This document shows positions 8,398 through 18,092 of a stretch of DNA of 64,000 bases, one piece after another; positions within the stretch are counted from its first letter, which is position 1; each line of letters opens with the position of its first letter. Source of the stretch: an uncultured Gemmatimonadales bacterium (GTDB lineage Bacteria; Gemmatimonadota; Gemmatimonadetes; Gemmatimonadales; GWC2-71-9); assembly GCA_963825055.1 (NCBI GenBank), contig CAWGSK010000009.1:192001-256000 (forward strand), written 5' to 3'. The notes under the pieces are model-generated. The model did no database searches. It saw only the letters and a program-made list of their open reading frames with translations, and was not told the origin of the DNA. Made by a program: the position numbers and the translations under genes.

Positions 8398-9965
8398 GGG
8401 TCCGCCCCGGCTGGTTTCTGGCGGCAGTGCTCACACTCACGTCCGCCGGGGGGCTCGAGGCGCAGGCTGCAGTGGGCGACTCCGCCTGGCAGGCGGGCGA
8501 CTTCCACACGGCGCGGATTGCCTATGAGCGCGAACTCGCCACCAATCCATCAAGCACGCGGGCCAACTTCCGACTCGGCATCCTGGCGTCGTGGGACGGC
8601 CGGCTCGATTCGGCCCTGGTCCTGATCCGCCGTGCTCGCGCGGTGGAACCATTTGATGCCGACCTGCTCGTAGGCGAGGCGCGCGTCCTGTCATGGGCCG
8701 GTCGCTTCAATCAGGCGCTGCGCCAGTACGATTCGGCCCTGGCCCTGATTCCCGGGCACCGGGATGCGGAGCTCGGGCGCGCGCAGGCGCTGGCCTGGGC
8801 CAATCGCCTCGAGGCTGCGGACAGCGCCTACGCCGCCATGCTGGAGAGGGACCCGCTCGACCTCGAAGCCGCCAGCGGCCAGGCCCAGGTCCTGGCGTGG
8901 AGTGGCCGCCTGGTACCGGCGCTTCTCCGGTATCGCGCTGTACTCGACAGGGATCCCGACAACGTGCGGGCGCTCACCGGGACGGCGCGCGTGTACGAGT
9001 GGCGCGGGCGGCCCTTCCGGGCACGGGAGTACGTCCGGCGCGCGCGCCAGGCGGACTCGACCGATCGCGATGCGCGGGAGCTCGAGCGCCAGGTAACCGC
9101 GACCCTGCAGCCCAGAGTCGAGCTTACCGCGGCCTACAGCGAGGACTCGGACGACAACCAGAGCTGGTGGCAGACCGGGACCCTGTCCTCGGTGCTGAGC
9201 GACGGTGTAAGGGGGTTCCTGACGGTCGGTGCCCTGGAGGCCTCTGACCCTTTCCGGGACGCGACCCGTGTCATGGGCGAGGGTGGACTTTCCTGGGCCC
9301 GGGGCAACCTCCAGCTGACCGGGGCCCTCGGCGCCCGCCGGCTGAGCCCCGACAGCGCGCCCGTGCGCACCGAGCCCACGTGGCGGAGCGGCATCAGCTA
9401 TCGGCTCGCTCCCGGGGCGGGAGTGGGCCTGGGCTACGCACACTACCCCTTCGACGAAACGGCGCTCCTGATCGGACGCAACCTGGACCTGGACGCGCTC
9501 GAGGGCAGCGCGGACGTCACGCTTCATCGCGGACTTACCCTCGGGCTGGGAGGGGGCTATGCCTGGCTCAGTGACGGCAATGCCCGCCGCTCGGGCGTCG
9601 TCGCGATGACCCAGGAGATCCACCGGAAATTCTTCATTGGGGGCTTCGGCAGGATCCTGAGCTACGAGGGCCCCGGATTCGGCTACTTCACGCCGGATCG
9701 TTTCACCATCCTCGAGGGACGCACGGGATGGACCCACGATGACGGCCACTGGCTGGCCAGGCTGAGCGGAGGGCTCGGCGTGCAGCAGATCGCGAAGGGA
9801 GCCACGACCCAGAGCGAGTGGCACGTCGAGGCCAGGTTCGGCCGGACCTGGAACGTCGTAAATGCCGTCGAAGTGTTCGGCAGCCTCACGAACAGCGCCG
9901 AGAGCTCGACTACCGGCGCCTTCCGGTATGGCAGCGCGGGCCTGGTGATACGGCTGGGACTATGA
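8394..9965 (+). CDS. TPR-repeat protein with C-terminal outer-membrane beta-barrel (PgaA/YaiO/BcsC-like architecture)
   Basis: Signal peptide, repeated A-x-x-L-x-W-x-G-R TPR units, C-terminal amphipathic beta-strands with GYFTP; GTGA overlap with the upstream gene. Confidence 0.7.
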   Translation: MRVRPGWFLAAVLTLTSAGGLEAQAAVGDSAWQAGDFHTARIAYERELATNPSSTRANFRLGILASWDGRLDSALVLIRRARAVEPFDADLLVGEARVLSWAGRFNQALRQYDSALALIPGHRDAELGRAQALAWANRLEAADSAYAAMLERDPLDLEAASGQAQVLAWSGRLVPALLRYRAVLDRDPDNVRALTGTARVYEWRGRPFRAREYVRRARQADSTDRDARELERQVTATLQPRVELTAAYSEDSDDNQSWWQTGTLSSVLSDGVRGFLTVGALEASDPFRDATRVMGEGGLSWARGNLQLTGALGARRLSPDSAPVRTEPTWRSGISYRLAPGAGVGLGYAHYPFDETALLIGRNLDLDALEGSADVTLHRGLTLGLGGGYAWLSDGNARRSGVVAMTQEIHRKFFIGGFGRILSYEGPGFGYFTPDRFTILEGRTGWTHDDGHWLARLSGGLGVQQIAKGATTQSEWHVEARFGRTWNVVNAVEVFGSLTNSAESSTTGAFRYGSAGLVIRLGL

Positions 9966-9969
9966 GGTG

Positions 9970-10072
9970 CGGGGAATAGACAATGGGCAACAGGCAACGG
10001 GGGGCCTGAGATACGTCTGAGCCCGGTTCCCTGTTGCCTCTTCCACTTCCTTCCCTGTTCCCTGTTCCCTGT
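9970..10072. repeat. Degenerate inverted heptamer repeats (GGCAACA / TTCCCTG) between convergent genes
   Basis: GGGCAACAGGCAACGG on the left; CCCTGTTGCC and TTCCCTGTTCCCTGTTCCCTG on the right. Confidence 0.6.
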
Positions 10073-11268
10073 CACTTCTCACCTCTCACCTCCAGCACCG
10101 CCAGATAGTACCCTGCCTCGTACTCCTTCGCCGCCGGGTCAGGCACCAGTGCGGCCACCCAGCGGCCGTCGCGTGTGGCGGTCAGTGCAACGCCTGGACC
10201 CAGGATACGGCCACCCAGTCGGATCCATCCTCCCCGGCTCTCAAGCGCTCCAGCGTCGGTTTCCACTGTCCGGAGCCCCGTATCCGGAGGCACGGAGATA
10301 TCCACCGTGGGGCCGTCGGTCCATCGATACCAGGTCGGCTCGACCGGGGCCCCCGCCGGCGCAGGCTCGCCCCCCGAAGCCGGGAAAGCGATCCATGCCG
10401 TCGCCCCCGCGCCGTCGGCAATGTGCCCCCCGGGCAACCCCGCGAGCACGGTGTCGCCGTGGCGGGCCCACGCCACCTGCCAGCCTCCCGCCGCGTCGAA
10501 CCACCTCACCTGCCCCTGCCGGAGGTCGACAACTCCCGGCCGAGCCAGGCCGAACATCATGGACATGCCGCTCGCCGGGAAAGAGGCCCGTCGGGCGCTG
10601 TCGGCCGTGATTCCGAACTCGGAGGCCGCTGCGTCCCATTCAGCCGTGGGGAGGGTGTCAGCTTCACGCGCGGACATCACGCGCGCCCCGCCAACCGCCA
10701 GGCGGAACCAGTCCGGCGAGGGCGCCACGTCCCACACCGAGTCCATGCGGAAGGAAGGCTGGTCGCCGTCGCTTCCGACGAACACGGCGTTGGGTACCGG
10801 GTCATTCTCCACGCCTGCAGGGTCGTCAACGAGAAGCAGCGTGTGCCCATCGGACGAACGGGCCCACCGAGGGCGGGTAGCCATGCCGGACGTCGCCTGG
10901 TTTACCCGGGTCATGCGCAGCACCATCATGCTCGGCGGTGAGCCGGAATCGACCACGAGGAACGACTTGCGGCCCAGGCGGCCAAGGGCAAAACGCGTCG
11001 CCTCGGCGAGGAGCGAATCGGGGGTCGGGTTGACGCGCACCGCCCAGAGGCTGTCCGGACGTCGGTCCAGGAACGCCGCCCACCCCGCGCGTACCAGCGA
11101 GTCCCGCGCATCCGCCGCGGCCATGCTGTCGCGCAGCGCCATCACCTGCAACGCGTGAAATGCCCGGGGCGCCGCCAACCGGGCAGCGGAAGGCTCATCC
11201 CTGCCCCCGCCACATGCGGAGGCCAGGATGAGAAACGTCACGTACCAGTGCTGTCGTACCGATCGCAT
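10072..11268 (-). CDS. Hypothetical lipoprotein
   Basis: Lipobox LASAC after a hydrophobic stretch; WDVAPSPDW and similar segments hint at a beta-propeller. Confidence 0.6.
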   Translation of the reverse strand: MRSVRQHWYVTFLILASACGGGRDEPSAARLAAPRAFHALQVMALRDSMAAADARDSLVRAGWAAFLDRRPDSLWAVRVNPTPDSLLAEATRFALGRLGRKSFLVVDSGSPPSMMVLRMTRVNQATSGMATRPRWARSSDGHTLLLVDDPAGVENDPVPNAVFVGSDGDQPSFRMDSVWDVAPSPDWFRLAVGGARVMSAREADTLPTAEWDAAASEFGITADSARRASFPASGMSMMFGLARPGVVDLRQGQVRWFDAAGGWQVAWARHGDTVLAGLPGGHIADGAGATAWIAFPASGGEPAPAGAPVEPTWYRWTDGPTVDISVPPDTGLRTVETDAGALESRGGWIRLGGRILGPGVALTATRDGRWVAALVPDPAAKEYEAGYYLAVLEVRGEK

Positions 11269-11410
11269 GTCCCTGCCCTGCCGTTCGCGAGAAGTGGAGG
11301 ACGGCTCGTAGCCCTTCCCAACATACAACGCCCCATTTACCCCTTACCACCTGGCCCGGAGGGCAGGGTGGGTGTTGTCAGTTGTATCCCAATCGCATGG
11401 ATGAGGGACC

Positions 11411-11932
11411 ATGATCGAAAAGCAACTTCAGGAATCGCGGGACCTGCTGCTGCAGTCGCTTCACGGCCTGACCAGTGCCCAGTGGAATTTCAAGGCGAAC
11501 CCCGAGGGGTGGTGCATCTTCGAGATCCTCGAGCACGTCGCCCTGATCGAGGACAGCACAGTCCGCATTCTCTCCGACCCGGGCCGCGCCGCCCACCTGT
11601 CGGAGGCCGAGCGGAGCGAGATCGCGGGAAAGGGGGAGCGCCTCGCCGCGGCGATGCTCGATCGAAGCCGTCGCCGTCAGGCCCCGGACATGGCCCTGCC
11701 GCGCGGGCACTGGAATACCCCCAATGACACGATCGATGCGTTCGCGAATGCCCGCGACCAAGCCCTCCACCTGGCCAGCCGGCCCGAAGAGGAACTCCGC
11801 GCCGTGGGCGCACCGCACCCGCTCCTGGGCCTGATGGACGGACTGCAGTGGCTGATGTTCTTCGATGTCCATGCCCGCCGGCATCGGGAGCAGATGGAGG
11901 AGGTGAAGCAGTATGGGGGGTATCCCGGGTGA
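11411..11932 (+). CDS. DinB/YfiT family protein
   Basis: W-x-I-x-E-x-x-EH, HPLLG and H-x-x-RH-x-x-Q metal-binding histidines. Confidence 0.88.
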   Translation: MIEKQLQESRDLLLQSLHGLTSAQWNFKANPEGWCIFEILEHVALIEDSTVRILSDPGRAAHLSEAERSEIAGKGERLAAAMLDRSRRRQAPDMALPRGHWNTPNDTIDAFANARDQALHLASRPEEELRAVGAPHPLLGLMDGLQWLMFFDVHARRHREQMEEVKQYGGYPG

Positions 11933-11959
11933 ACGGTGATTGGTGAGTTCGCTTCAAGG

Positions 11960-11992
11960 TTGGTGATGGTCCGCGGAGCGCACCATCGCCGA
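11960..11992. terminator. Hairpin between convergent genes
   Basis: TTGGTGATGGT / ACCATCGCCGA stem with G-U pairs and no U tract; flanked by GGTGA heptamer remnants. Confidence 0.45.
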
Positions 11993-12020
11993 CTGCCAGG
12001 CACTACTTGCTCCTCACCAG

Positions 12021-13436
12021 TCACTGCTCCTTCCACGTCTCGAAAAACCCCCACCCGCTGTCCGAAACCACGCGGCCTGCGAGCGCCGCCTCCATCTTCC
12101 AGCGGCCCCGCATCTGGAGGAACCAGCGCGCCGGCACCCCCCCGCCGGCACCTGCGCCGTTCGAACGCGCGGCGCGGATGGACGCGCTGAGCCGGAGCGT
12201 ATCGCTTCCCTGGGTCGCCGTGAAGGACAGCGCGCCCGGCGCCCGCGTATCTCCCGACGCCGTCGTACCCGCATAGGCGATGTCCGGGGCGCGGAAGACC
12301 TGGTGTACTCCCATGGAGTCCACCAGCGCCACGAAGAGTGATGGAGGCTCCGCGGTTCCGGCCCTGACCGCGCCGTAGAGGATCGCCGTCCGAGCGCCCC
12401 GCGCCGCACCCCACTCCCAGCGGACATCGCGCCATATACCCCAGTTGTGGTCGTGATACGCGTGCGCCCGGGTAAGCGAGATGCACCGGCCGCGTACGCA
12501 GATGCTCCCCGACGCCTCGGCCGTCAGGGCCGGGACGACATACCCCGAGGGCTGGCCCGGAGTGCCGAGCTCTACTGGCGGGAAATAATGGTACGGCGTG
12601 GGAACGACGCGCAGGTCCAGCACGAGGCCCGGCAGCTCCACGGACAGGCGGTAGGTGCCGTTGCGCTGGATGACGCTCGCGGGGCCGGCATGCACGTCCG
12701 CCGAGGTGGTGTCGAACCGTATCGCGCCGGAGGCAACCCCCGCCGTGAATTCCTCGTGGCGGCCATCGGGCCGCCGATGGGTCGCCAGGACCTGCCCTCC
12801 CCACTTCCCGAACCCGATTCTCCCGCCTGTGAGCACGGTGACGTACCACCACTCGTCTTCCGAAACGACGACGTTGAAGTAATGCCACTCGGCCCATGTG
12901 CTGTCGTCCACGCCGGGCATGTGGAAATGGTCGAGGCCGTCATAGAGTTGCTGGGCCGTCGGCTGGACCCATGCCGAGTCCGCGCGGGTGTCCGCCCAGG
13001 TTCCGTCGATCACCTCGATGCCTGCCCCCACGTCACGTGTGCGGCTCGGGATCTCCCCCGTTGCGCGAACCGGGAGCCGGCCCGCCCGACTCTCCAGGTA
13101 AACCAGCCTGTCCACCAGCGCCGGCGATACGGTCTTCACCAGTTCCGCATGTCGGGGCCCGCCGATGGCCTGGCGCACCAGGTATCGGGCCCGCTCGAGG
13201 TTGAAGTACATGCCGCTGATCCCGCCGGTCCGCATTGCCTCGACATCGATACCGGCTGGAAGTACCGTCACCTCCCCGCCCCCGACGAGGGTCGCGTCCC
13301 GGGCCTGCGAGAGCATCGCCTCTCCCACGGAGAGGAGCACAATCATCACGCCGACCCCCAGCGCATAACCGGCAAGGAGCACGGCGGCCCGGCTCCGCCG
13401 GACGGCCAGGTGGCGGACCGCCAGCAACCAGTGCAT
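12021..13436 (-). CDS. Fusion of a MacB/FtsX permease N-terminus with an AttH/CrtC-like lipocalin domain
   Basis: LAVRHL...TM1 (LAGYALGVGVMIVLLSVG), then WAEWHYFN and AYHDHNWG..W..WEWG motifs of AttH/CrtC/tocopherol-cyclase-like folds. Confidence 0.65.
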   Translation of the reverse strand: MHWLLAVRHLAVRRSRAAVLLAGYALGVGVMIVLLSVGEAMLSQARDATLVGGGEVTVLPAGIDVEAMRTGGISGMYFNLERARYLVRQAIGGPRHAELVKTVSPALVDRLVYLESRAGRLPVRATGEIPSRTRDVGAGIEVIDGTWADTRADSAWVQPTAQQLYDGLDHFHMPGVDDSTWAEWHYFNVVVSEDEWWYVTVLTGGRIGFGKWGGQVLATHRRPDGRHEEFTAGVASGAIRFDTTSADVHAGPASVIQRNGTYRLSVELPGLVLDLRVVPTPYHYFPPVELGTPGQPSGYVVPALTAEASGSICVRGRCISLTRAHAYHDHNWGIWRDVRWEWGAARGARTAILYGAVRAGTAEPPSLFVALVDSMGVHQVFRAPDIAYAGTTASGDTRAPGALSFTATQGSDTLRLSASIRAARSNGAGAGGGVPARWFLQMRGRWKMEAALAGRVVSDSGWGFFETWKEQ

Positions 13437-14122
13437 CAGGACTCCCGCTCCAGCCTGCCGTCCAGCATGTGCAGGACCCGGCCGGCCTCGGCGGCGAGAC
13501 GCTCGTCATGGGTCACCACCACCAGTGTCATCCCGTCGTCGTGCAGCAGCCGGAACAGCGAAAGAATTCCGTCGCTGGTAGCGGCATCCAGTTCCCCGGT
13601 GGGCTCATCAGCCAGGATGAGTGCCGGCCGGTTTGCCATCGCCCGCGCGATGGCCACCCGCTGCATCTCCCCGCCGGAAAGCTGGGTTGCACGGTGGCTC
13701 CAGCGCCCGCCGAGCCCCACGTAGTCGAGCAGCTCGCGTGAACGGCGCCTGCGGTCGGCCTTCCCGACCCCGGCCTCGGCCATCGGGAGTTCCACGTTTT
13801 CGGCGGCCGTGAGGACCGGAAGGAGGTGGAAGCGCTGGAACACGAATCCGATCCCCGTCAGCCGGAGACGCGTCAGTTCGCGATCAGCGAGGGTGGAGAG
13901 GTCCACGCCGCGGAGGGACACGGCCCCGGAGGTGGGGTGGTCGATACCGCCCATCAGGTGCAGCAGGGTACTCTTGCCACAGCCCGACGGGCCGACGATC
14001 GCCGCGTATTCACCTTCCCGGATGGTGGCGGAGACACCGCGGACCGCGCGCACCGTGGACCCGTTCATCGGGTAGTCACGATGCACGTCGTCAAGGCGGA
14101 CCAGGACGGGGGGCGTCGTCAC
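13436..14122 (-). CDS. ABC transporter ATP-binding protein (LolD/MacB type)
   Basis: GPSGCGKST, LSGGEMQR, ILADEPTG, VVTHD. Confidence 0.95.
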   Translation of the reverse strand: MTTPPVLVRLDDVHRDYPMNGSTVRAVRGVSATIREGEYAAIVGPSGCGKSTLLHLMGGIDHPTSGAVSLRGVDLSTLADRELTRLRLTGIGFVFQRFHLLPVLTAAENVELPMAEAGVGKADRRRRSRELLDYVGLGGRWSHRATQLSGGEMQRVAIARAMANRPALILADEPTGELDAATSDGILSLFRLLHDDGMTLVVVTHDERLAAEAGRVLHMLDGRLERES

Positions 14123-15309
14123 GTGGCCTCGGCCCGGAGGGTGGTGGCGATCGGGGCCCGCGAGGCCAGGAGGGCGGGATAAATCCCCGCCAGTACGCCG
14201 GACAGCAGCAGCACCCCCGCGGCCAGCGCCAGCCCGCCGGGCCGCGGGACGAAGAAGGACACACTGGCGGGAAGTCCGGGGAACGACCGGAGAATCGTGT
14301 CCAGGTACCGCGCCGTAATGGTGCCGAGGCCGATACCGAGAATGGTGCCGGCGAGTGTGATTGCGGCGCCTTCGACCATCGTCTGGAGGGCTACGGTCCG
14401 TCGCTGCACGCCGATCGCCCTGAGGGTAACGATCTCCGGCAGCCGCTCATTGATGGTGATCGTGAGCAGTGTGGCGACCAGGAGAATCGTGATCACGAGA
14501 CTGATCGTCCCGAGGATGTACGAGAGCTGGTTGAAATAGACCAGCCGCCGGCGGAACTGCACCACCATCTCCACCGAACTGCGCACGCTGAGAGTGGGCA
14601 GTGACGCCTGCAGGCGGTCGGCAACCGCCTGCGCTCCACTGTCCGTGGCCGCCTCCACCACGAAGGCGGAAACCCTGTCGTCCCCCCGCTTTCCCGTCAG
14701 CGACTGGGCGGCACGAATTGGAAGCACGAGCGAGCGGTGGCCCGTTGCATCGAAGATCACGCGCACGGTACCCCGTACCGCCAGGCGCCGGCGCACCGTC
14801 GCTGCACCTGCCTGCGGGTCGAGCAGTCCGGCAAGTTCGAGTGTGTCCCCTTCCCGGGCCTGAAGCGCGGCGGCGGCCGGCAGGCTCAGCAGGACACCCG
14901 TCGTGTCTCCCGGCGGCAGGTCCCGGCCCGTCTCGAGCTGGTATATGGCCTGGGCAGCGGGATCGATACCATACACAGTGAATACCTGCTGTGAATCTGC
15001 CCGCATCACCCAGGCGGATCCGCCGAGCAGGGGACCCGCGCGCCGTACGCCGGGGTCGCTGCGGATGACGTCGAGGACGGAATCGGCGTTCGGAATGGTG
15101 GCCTCCGTGTCGAACGGCATGGTCCCGCCCGGTGCCACCCTGATCTGGAATCCCCGCTGCACCAGCAGTTTGCCGAAGGAACGCTCCAGGCCCCCGCTCA
15201 GCAGCACCATGTCGAGCAGCATGGCCGAAGTGACCGCGAGCCCGAGGATGGCAAGCGTGGTGCGCACGGGATGCCGCGCGAGGTTCCGAAGCCCCCACCA
15301 GGCAGGCAT
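14119..15309 (-). CDS. ABC transporter permease (MacB/FtsX family)
   Basis: LRNL-x-x-x-x-x-RT + TM1, periplasmic domain, ERLPEI-x-TLRAIG, three C-terminal TMs, YPA; ATG 15309. Confidence 0.9.
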   Translation of the reverse strand: MPAWWGLRNLARHPVRTTLAILGLAVTSAMLLDMVLLSGGLERSFGKLLVQRGFQIRVAPGGTMPFDTEATIPNADSVLDVIRSDPGVRRAGPLLGGSAWVMRADSQQVFTVYGIDPAAQAIYQLETGRDLPPGDTTGVLLSLPAAAALQAREGDTLELAGLLDPQAGAATVRRRLAVRGTVRVIFDATGHRSLVLPIRAAQSLTGKRGDDRVSAFVVEAATDSGAQAVADRLQASLPTLSVRSSVEMVVQFRRRLVYFNQLSYILGTISLVITILLVATLLTITINERLPEIVTLRAIGVQRRTVALQTMVEGAAITLAGTILGIGLGTITARYLDTILRSFPGLPASVSFFVPRPGGLALAAGVLLLSGVLAGIYPALLASRAPIATTLRAEAT

Positions 15310-16160
15310 CAGCGGCCCTGCAGGATGAGGGGGGGAGTTCGAACGAGACGCCATGCGGCAACGCCGCCCGCCACAACCCCAAGCAGAAGGGACAGCCCCA
15401 CGCTGAATGCGATGACGCCAGGCGTGATTGTGGAGAAGACCAGGGTGGTGGCGAACCGGTACTGGTAGAACGCATTCGTGGCGGCGCTGCCTGCCCAGGC
15501 GAGGAGAATCCCGATCACGCTCCCCAGTCCGGCCACGAGCGTCGCCTCGATCAGGAGCGCGCCGAATACGGTGCGGCGGCTGATCCCCATCAGCCGCAGC
15601 ATGGCGGTGTCGTGCCGCCGCTCTTCCACCTTGAGCAGCATGATGCAGAGCAGGAAGATCGCGCTTGCTACCACCGCAATGACCGCAATCGCACGGTGGA
15701 ACCGGCTGATGACACGGAACGTTGCCGAGGAACCGGACGCCAGCTCCCTGCTCGGCCACGCGTGGTACCCGAAGGCGGCTTCGTTGAGTCGAGCCGCGGC
15801 GGTGTCCGGGTTGGTCCCCGCCGTGAGGCCCACTGCGATGCGGTCCACCGCATCCGGCCGGCCGATGATTCCGCCGAGATCCGGGAGATGCATTCGCAGC
15901 CGGTATTCCTGCTTCATGAGGCTCGACGGATCGGTCTCTGGTTCATACAATGCCCGGACGACAGCGGTGACCGGAGCGGCGCCGGCCTCCGCGACAATGA
16001 GAACCGTGTCACCCGGCTCGAGGTCCAGGGCCTCGGACAGCCGGCGCTCCACCGCGATGTCCACCTCCTGGGCCGGGGCAGTAACGGGGACCAGGGTCAG
16101 CACGAGTGTCAGCGGGAGGAGCCAGAGGACAGGCTGAAACCGGAGAGCGCGACGCGACAT
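15309..16160 (-). CDS. Short FtsX-like permease lacking the canonical N-terminus
   Basis: Signal-peptide-like start (APAQE), VEERRHD-x-AMLRLMG and three C-terminal TMs; only 283 aa. Confidence 0.8.
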   Translation of the reverse strand: MSRRALRFQPVLWLLPLTLVLTLVPVTAPAQEVDIAVERRLSEALDLEPGDTVLIVAEAGAAPVTAVVRALYEPETDPSSLMKQEYRLRMHLPDLGGIIGRPDAVDRIAVGLTAGTNPDTAAARLNEAAFGYHAWPSRELASGSSATFRVISRFHRAIAVIAVVASAIFLLCIMLLKVEERRHDTAMLRLMGISRRTVFGALLIEATLVAGLGSVIGILLAWAGSAATNAFYQYRFATTLVFSTITPGVIAFSVGLSLLLGVVAGGVAAWRLVRTPPLILQGR

Positions 16161-16249
16161 GTTTCCATTCGGTTCGGGGGTGCGCGAAGTCTAATCGGTG
16201 CCTATTCTTACCGCCCCGCGCAGGGCCATGGCCTGCACAACCTTTTGTC

Positions 16250-16581
16250 TCCGTCATCGAGTACGATGTTCAAACCGTTGTCACGCCTGACCGCATGGTT
16301 CGGTGGAGTACGCCACCTACCTGCATGACCTGGGCAAGAACCGCTTTGACATTTTCGGGGAAGTGGACTTTCGGTTGTTCCGCGGCCTGGAGTTCAACCT
16401 GTATGGCCGCTACTCCCGCGTACGGGACCAGCTCTACCTTCCCGCCGGCGACGCTTCGCCGGAGGAGATCCTGTTGAGCCTGCGACAGCTGCAGACCGGA
16501 TATCAGTACTCGATGGCCGCCGGCCTCAGCTACACCTTTGGGAGCATCTACAACAACGTGGTGAACCCCCGGTTCGACTGA
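16250..16581 (+). pseudogene. C-terminal remnant of an outer-membrane beta-barrel protein
   Basis: YLHD..KNR..YSRVRDQLYLP..EEILL..RQL..GLSYTFGSIYNNVVNPRF looks like a barrel C-terminus; no signal peptide and no room for the N-terminal part; start approximate. Confidence 0.55.
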
Positions 16582-16641
16582 GGCTTGTGCGGGGATGGAC
16601 CGATCCCGATATTGGGCCCTTCCCCGGCCTGGAGTATCCCC

Positions 16642-17772
16642 ATGCCCTTTCCCCCCCTTCCCGGGGCGGCGCTGTCACTTGCGGCCGCCGCGATGGTTGC
16701 CGGGTGCGCCGCCACCCCCGCCCCCCGGGGGACGACGCACACCTACTACGTCGCCGCCGATGAGGTCGACTGGGATTATGCCCCTGGCGGGATGAATATC
16801 ATCACGGGCATGCCGATCGACAGCGCGAAACTCAAGAGCGGCCGGAAGGTCCAGGACACGAAATACCACAAGGCGGTGTACCACGAATACACCGACAGCA
16901 CTTTCACCACACGGAAGCCAAGGCCGCCCGAGTGGGAGCACCTGGGCATCCTCGGCCCCGTCCTCCGGGCCGAGGTCGGCGACACCATTCAGGTGGTTTA
17001 CCGGAACAACGCCTCGCATCCCTCGGGCCTGCATCCCCACGGCGTGTTCTACGACAAGGACTCCGAAGGAGCTCCCTACGAGGACGGCACCTCCGGTGCG
17101 GACAAGGCCGATGATGCCGTGCCGCCCGGGGGGACCCACACATATGTCTGGCCGGTGCCCGAGCGGGCCGGCCCGGGCCCGGGCGACCCGAACTCCATCA
17201 TCTGGATGTACCACTCGCACACTGCGGAAGCCGAGGACGTATTCACCGGCCTCATGGGACCGATGATCGTCAGTGCGCCCGGGACGACGAAGCCCGACGG
17301 CACCCCGAAGGGCGTGGACCGGGAGCTGGTCGTCGCCTTCTATCAGATGCGCGAAGACCTGTCCTGGTTCGCGAAGGACAATATGCCGTACCTGTTTGCC
17401 GGTGATGGCCCGGACATTCCTCCCAACCGCTTCACGCCGTTCTTCGACCGGTACTCCATTAACGGGTACACCCACGGCAACCTGCCGGTTTCCACCATGA
17501 CGGTGAAGAAGGGCGAACGGGTACGCTGGTACGTGTTTTCCACCACAGGCGACTTCGACTTCCACACGCCGCACTGGCACGGCAATACCGTCCTCATGCA
17601 CGGAATGCGGACCGACGTGGTGGCAGTGATGCCCATGGAAATGGTCATCGCCGACATGGTGCCGGACAATCCTGGAACGTGGCTCTTTCACTGCCACGTC
17701 TCCGAGCACCTGATCGCGGGAATGCAGGCACGCTATGCGGTAACGGACGAACCAGAGGTGGCAACCCGCTAG
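16642..17772 (+). CDS. Two-domain multicopper oxidase, lipoprotein, ceruloplasmin-like
   Basis: VAGC lipobox; HPHG, WMYHSH, HTPHWHG, WLFHCHVSEHLIAGM. Confidence 0.9.
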   Translation: MPFPPLPGAALSLAAAAMVAGCAATPAPRGTTHTYYVAADEVDWDYAPGGMNIITGMPIDSAKLKSGRKVQDTKYHKAVYHEYTDSTFTTRKPRPPEWEHLGILGPVLRAEVGDTIQVVYRNNASHPSGLHPHGVFYDKDSEGAPYEDGTSGADKADDAVPPGGTHTYVWPVPERAGPGPGDPNSIIWMYHSHTAEAEDVFTGLMGPMIVSAPGTTKPDGTPKGVDRELVVAFYQMREDLSWFAKDNMPYLFAGDGPDIPPNRFTPFFDRYSINGYTHGNLPVSTMTVKKGERVRWYVFSTTGDFDFHTPHWHGNTVLMHGMRTDVVAVMPMEMVIADMVPDNPGTWLFHCHVSEHLIAGMQARYAVTDEPEVATR

Positions 17773-18092
17773 GACTCGGCTGGCTGGTCCTCCCGCACCT
17801 CGTAATGAGCAGACCGCCCGTCGAACCGGGCCAGCAGCGCCCTGGCTTTCGGGGGAACCACAGCACCCTCGAAATCCTCACCGGCGAAGGTGCGCACCGC
17901 ATCCAGGCTGTCGAAGGTCATGATGGTCACAAACTCCACCTCCGCGCCGGCTTCCCGGCGCAGGAGGCGGATCCGGCGAAAACCCGGAATGTTCCGGTCA
18001 CGGATGCCGGTGAAAATCTCCTCGCGCAGCAGGGCCTCATAGGCTTCCGCATTCGCCCGGTTCGTCCAGCCACGCCATATCCGGCAGATCAT
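17769..18092 (-). CDS. Antibiotic-biosynthesis-monooxygenase-like dimeric alpha/beta barrel protein
   Basis: RIWRGWT, EF-x-TIM-x-FDSLDAV-x-x-FAG, AVVP, HYE. Confidence 0.8.
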   Translation of the reverse strand: MICRIWRGWTNRANAEAYEALLREEIFTGIRDRNIPGFRRIRLLRREAGAEVEFVTIMTFDSLDAVRTFAGEDFEGAVVPPKARALLARFDGRSAHYEVREDQPAES

